DNA of 64,000 bases from Octopus bimaculoides. Taxonomy: Eukaryota. Location: the NCBI RefSeq assembly GCF_001194135.2, contig NC_068995.1, positions 1,422,026 through 1,486,025 of the forward strand, given 5' to 3'. Both the position numbers and the translations under genes were made by a program. The notes under the pieces are model-generated. The model did not search any database, was not told where the DNA came from, and saw only the letters and a program-made list of their open reading frames with translations. Shown piece by piece: positions 62,451 through 64,000 of this stretch; the stretch's first letter is position 1, and the number at the start of each line of letters is the position of its first letter.

Positions 62451-63229
62451 TCTCCCCTCTCCCACCCCTTTAACTAACCGACTGAACTTGACACAAACCA
62501 ACCAAACTGTTGCCATATCGCTCTTCTCTCCACCCATTCCAGACAGCGTCTGCCAGTTAAGGAATTTCTTCTACATAACACAACCTACCTACCTACCTAC
62601 ATAAACAGGCTCATACACACGCATATACAAACACACACAAACACACACTCATCCATCGTACCCCACCACCACCATTGTCTTTCTCTCTCTCTCTATGACC
62701 AACTCCTTCACTCCTCCTCCTCCTCCCTCCCATCTGCTTCCACCCCCAACCGTCATCGTTCTGAAAAACTGAAAGAAATACTTCCTGGAGTCAGTGACAC
62801 AATTTCGCTTCCTAAAGGAGTTTACTGTCTCTCACACCTCACCTCTCTCTCTCCCTCTCTCTCTCTCTGCTTGGCATTTAAGCCTATGCGTATCACTATC
62901 GCTCGGTGCAAACACTCTTTAAGTCCCGTTTTATGTAATGCCCGCTCTTTCGCTCGACCCTTCTGGCAAATGAAGAACTGATTGTCTTAATCATTTCTTT
63001 AGTAGTAGGGGNNNNNNNNNNNNNNNNNNNNNNNNNNNNNNNNNNNNNNNNNNNNNNNNNNNNNNNNNNNNNNNNNNNNNNNNNNNNNNNNNNNNNNNNN
63101 NNNNNNNNNNNNNNNNNNNNNNNNCCCCAACACAATATATCATATATTTTTTACTTGCTGGGTCTTCTAGACAGGGTAGCGCCTACGACATTCGGAAGCC
63201 CTCCTAGAACTGGCGAGATTAACGCCGTC

Positions 63230-63720
63230 AATGTTGAACAACACGTGTGTGAAAGCCATGATCAGGGAGTTCCAGAGGGCAGATCTCCTATCTGGGAAGC
63301 AAGGAATGGGTGTACAGATTAGTGTAGGGCCTGGAGATGGAGAAGGTTGGTAAGAAGTTGAGAGAAGAGTGAAATAGTGTTTGCGCCAATCAAGCCCAAT
63401 CAAGTGCGGCGAACAAACGATGCAGTAGCAGTATAAAAATTCCAGGCGAGAGGGACAGAAGCTGGAAAGACTTTATGATAACCAGTAAGGTGACTCCTAT
63501 CCGAATGCATTGTACGAAGTTCGTATATGCAAGTTACAGCAGAAGAAGCTGTCACAAGCGTCAGGGCGATACCCCAATGTGGGCCTTGTCTGAGTTTGGA
63601 GAATATCAACAACGGAAGCGAGTGGTGGTGGTTGGGGGGTGCTGGCTGCCATGAGAGGGACCAGTTGATGGGCTGTGATCCAAAATATGTTAAAGATGTC
63701 TTGACAAGGAGAGATTTCAA
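63230..63720 (-). mobile_element. CR1/L2/Jockey-group LINE C-terminal remnant
   Basis: Minus fragments LQTQTRPTLGY (cf. YKxQxRPxLEY), LYCYCIVCSPHLIGL (cf. FYRYxNGxCSxEL) and ALWNSL (cf. LWNxLP). Same type as 60060-60420, opposite strand. Confidence 0.7.
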
Positions 63721-64000
63721 CTGATACTAAAACAGGATAAATGGAACGATTCTGAGAAATCTATTTCAGTAGTTGAGAACTGTTCATTGAGAGACGGGGT
63801 TTTCTTGGTACAAGTAGCATGTCTGCCTGTCTGTATGTGTGTGTGTATGTATGCACATAAAAACAATGCATGTGTGTGTACAGACACACACACACACACA
63901 CACGCATATTCTGTTATATTTTCAATCGGCGGAAGTTACTAAGTAACTCAAGGACCAAGAGTAACGTGCATGGCACATCTCATTTGTAAAGTCATATATA

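Overview
Eukaryotic, AT-rich, non-coding-looking window dense in microsatellites, with many N gaps. The repeat families look like those of Octopus genomes; this is my inference from recalled repeat consensus sequences, not a database match. No host protein-coding gene could be supported. The ORF track is almost entirely low-complexity, N-spanning or chance ORFs. The explainable content is: (i) dozens of short retroposon copies in six families, labelled here A-F by within-window similarity (A, C and D have tRNA-like A/B-box heads; B is an RTE-tailed element ending in (GAT)n; E and F are less resolved); (ii) decayed LINE reverse-transcriptase remnants of RTE, CR1/L2-like and R4/Dong-like type; (iii) three MITE-like DNA elements; (iv) micro- and minisatellites. 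Best leads: a 76-nt pre-miRNA-like hairpin (36789-36864); a ~50-bp-period array of palindromic units beside a CpG-retaining element (52.2-52.9 kb); a foldback MITE with an 8-bp TSD, a perfect 72-bp internal inverted repeat and central TTAGGG repeats (47374-47935); a tandem SINE array inside (AAT)n, possibly linked to the R4/Dong-like RT remnant; and an abrupt CpG transition near 61.1 kb. Repeat boundaries are approximate, read by eye.
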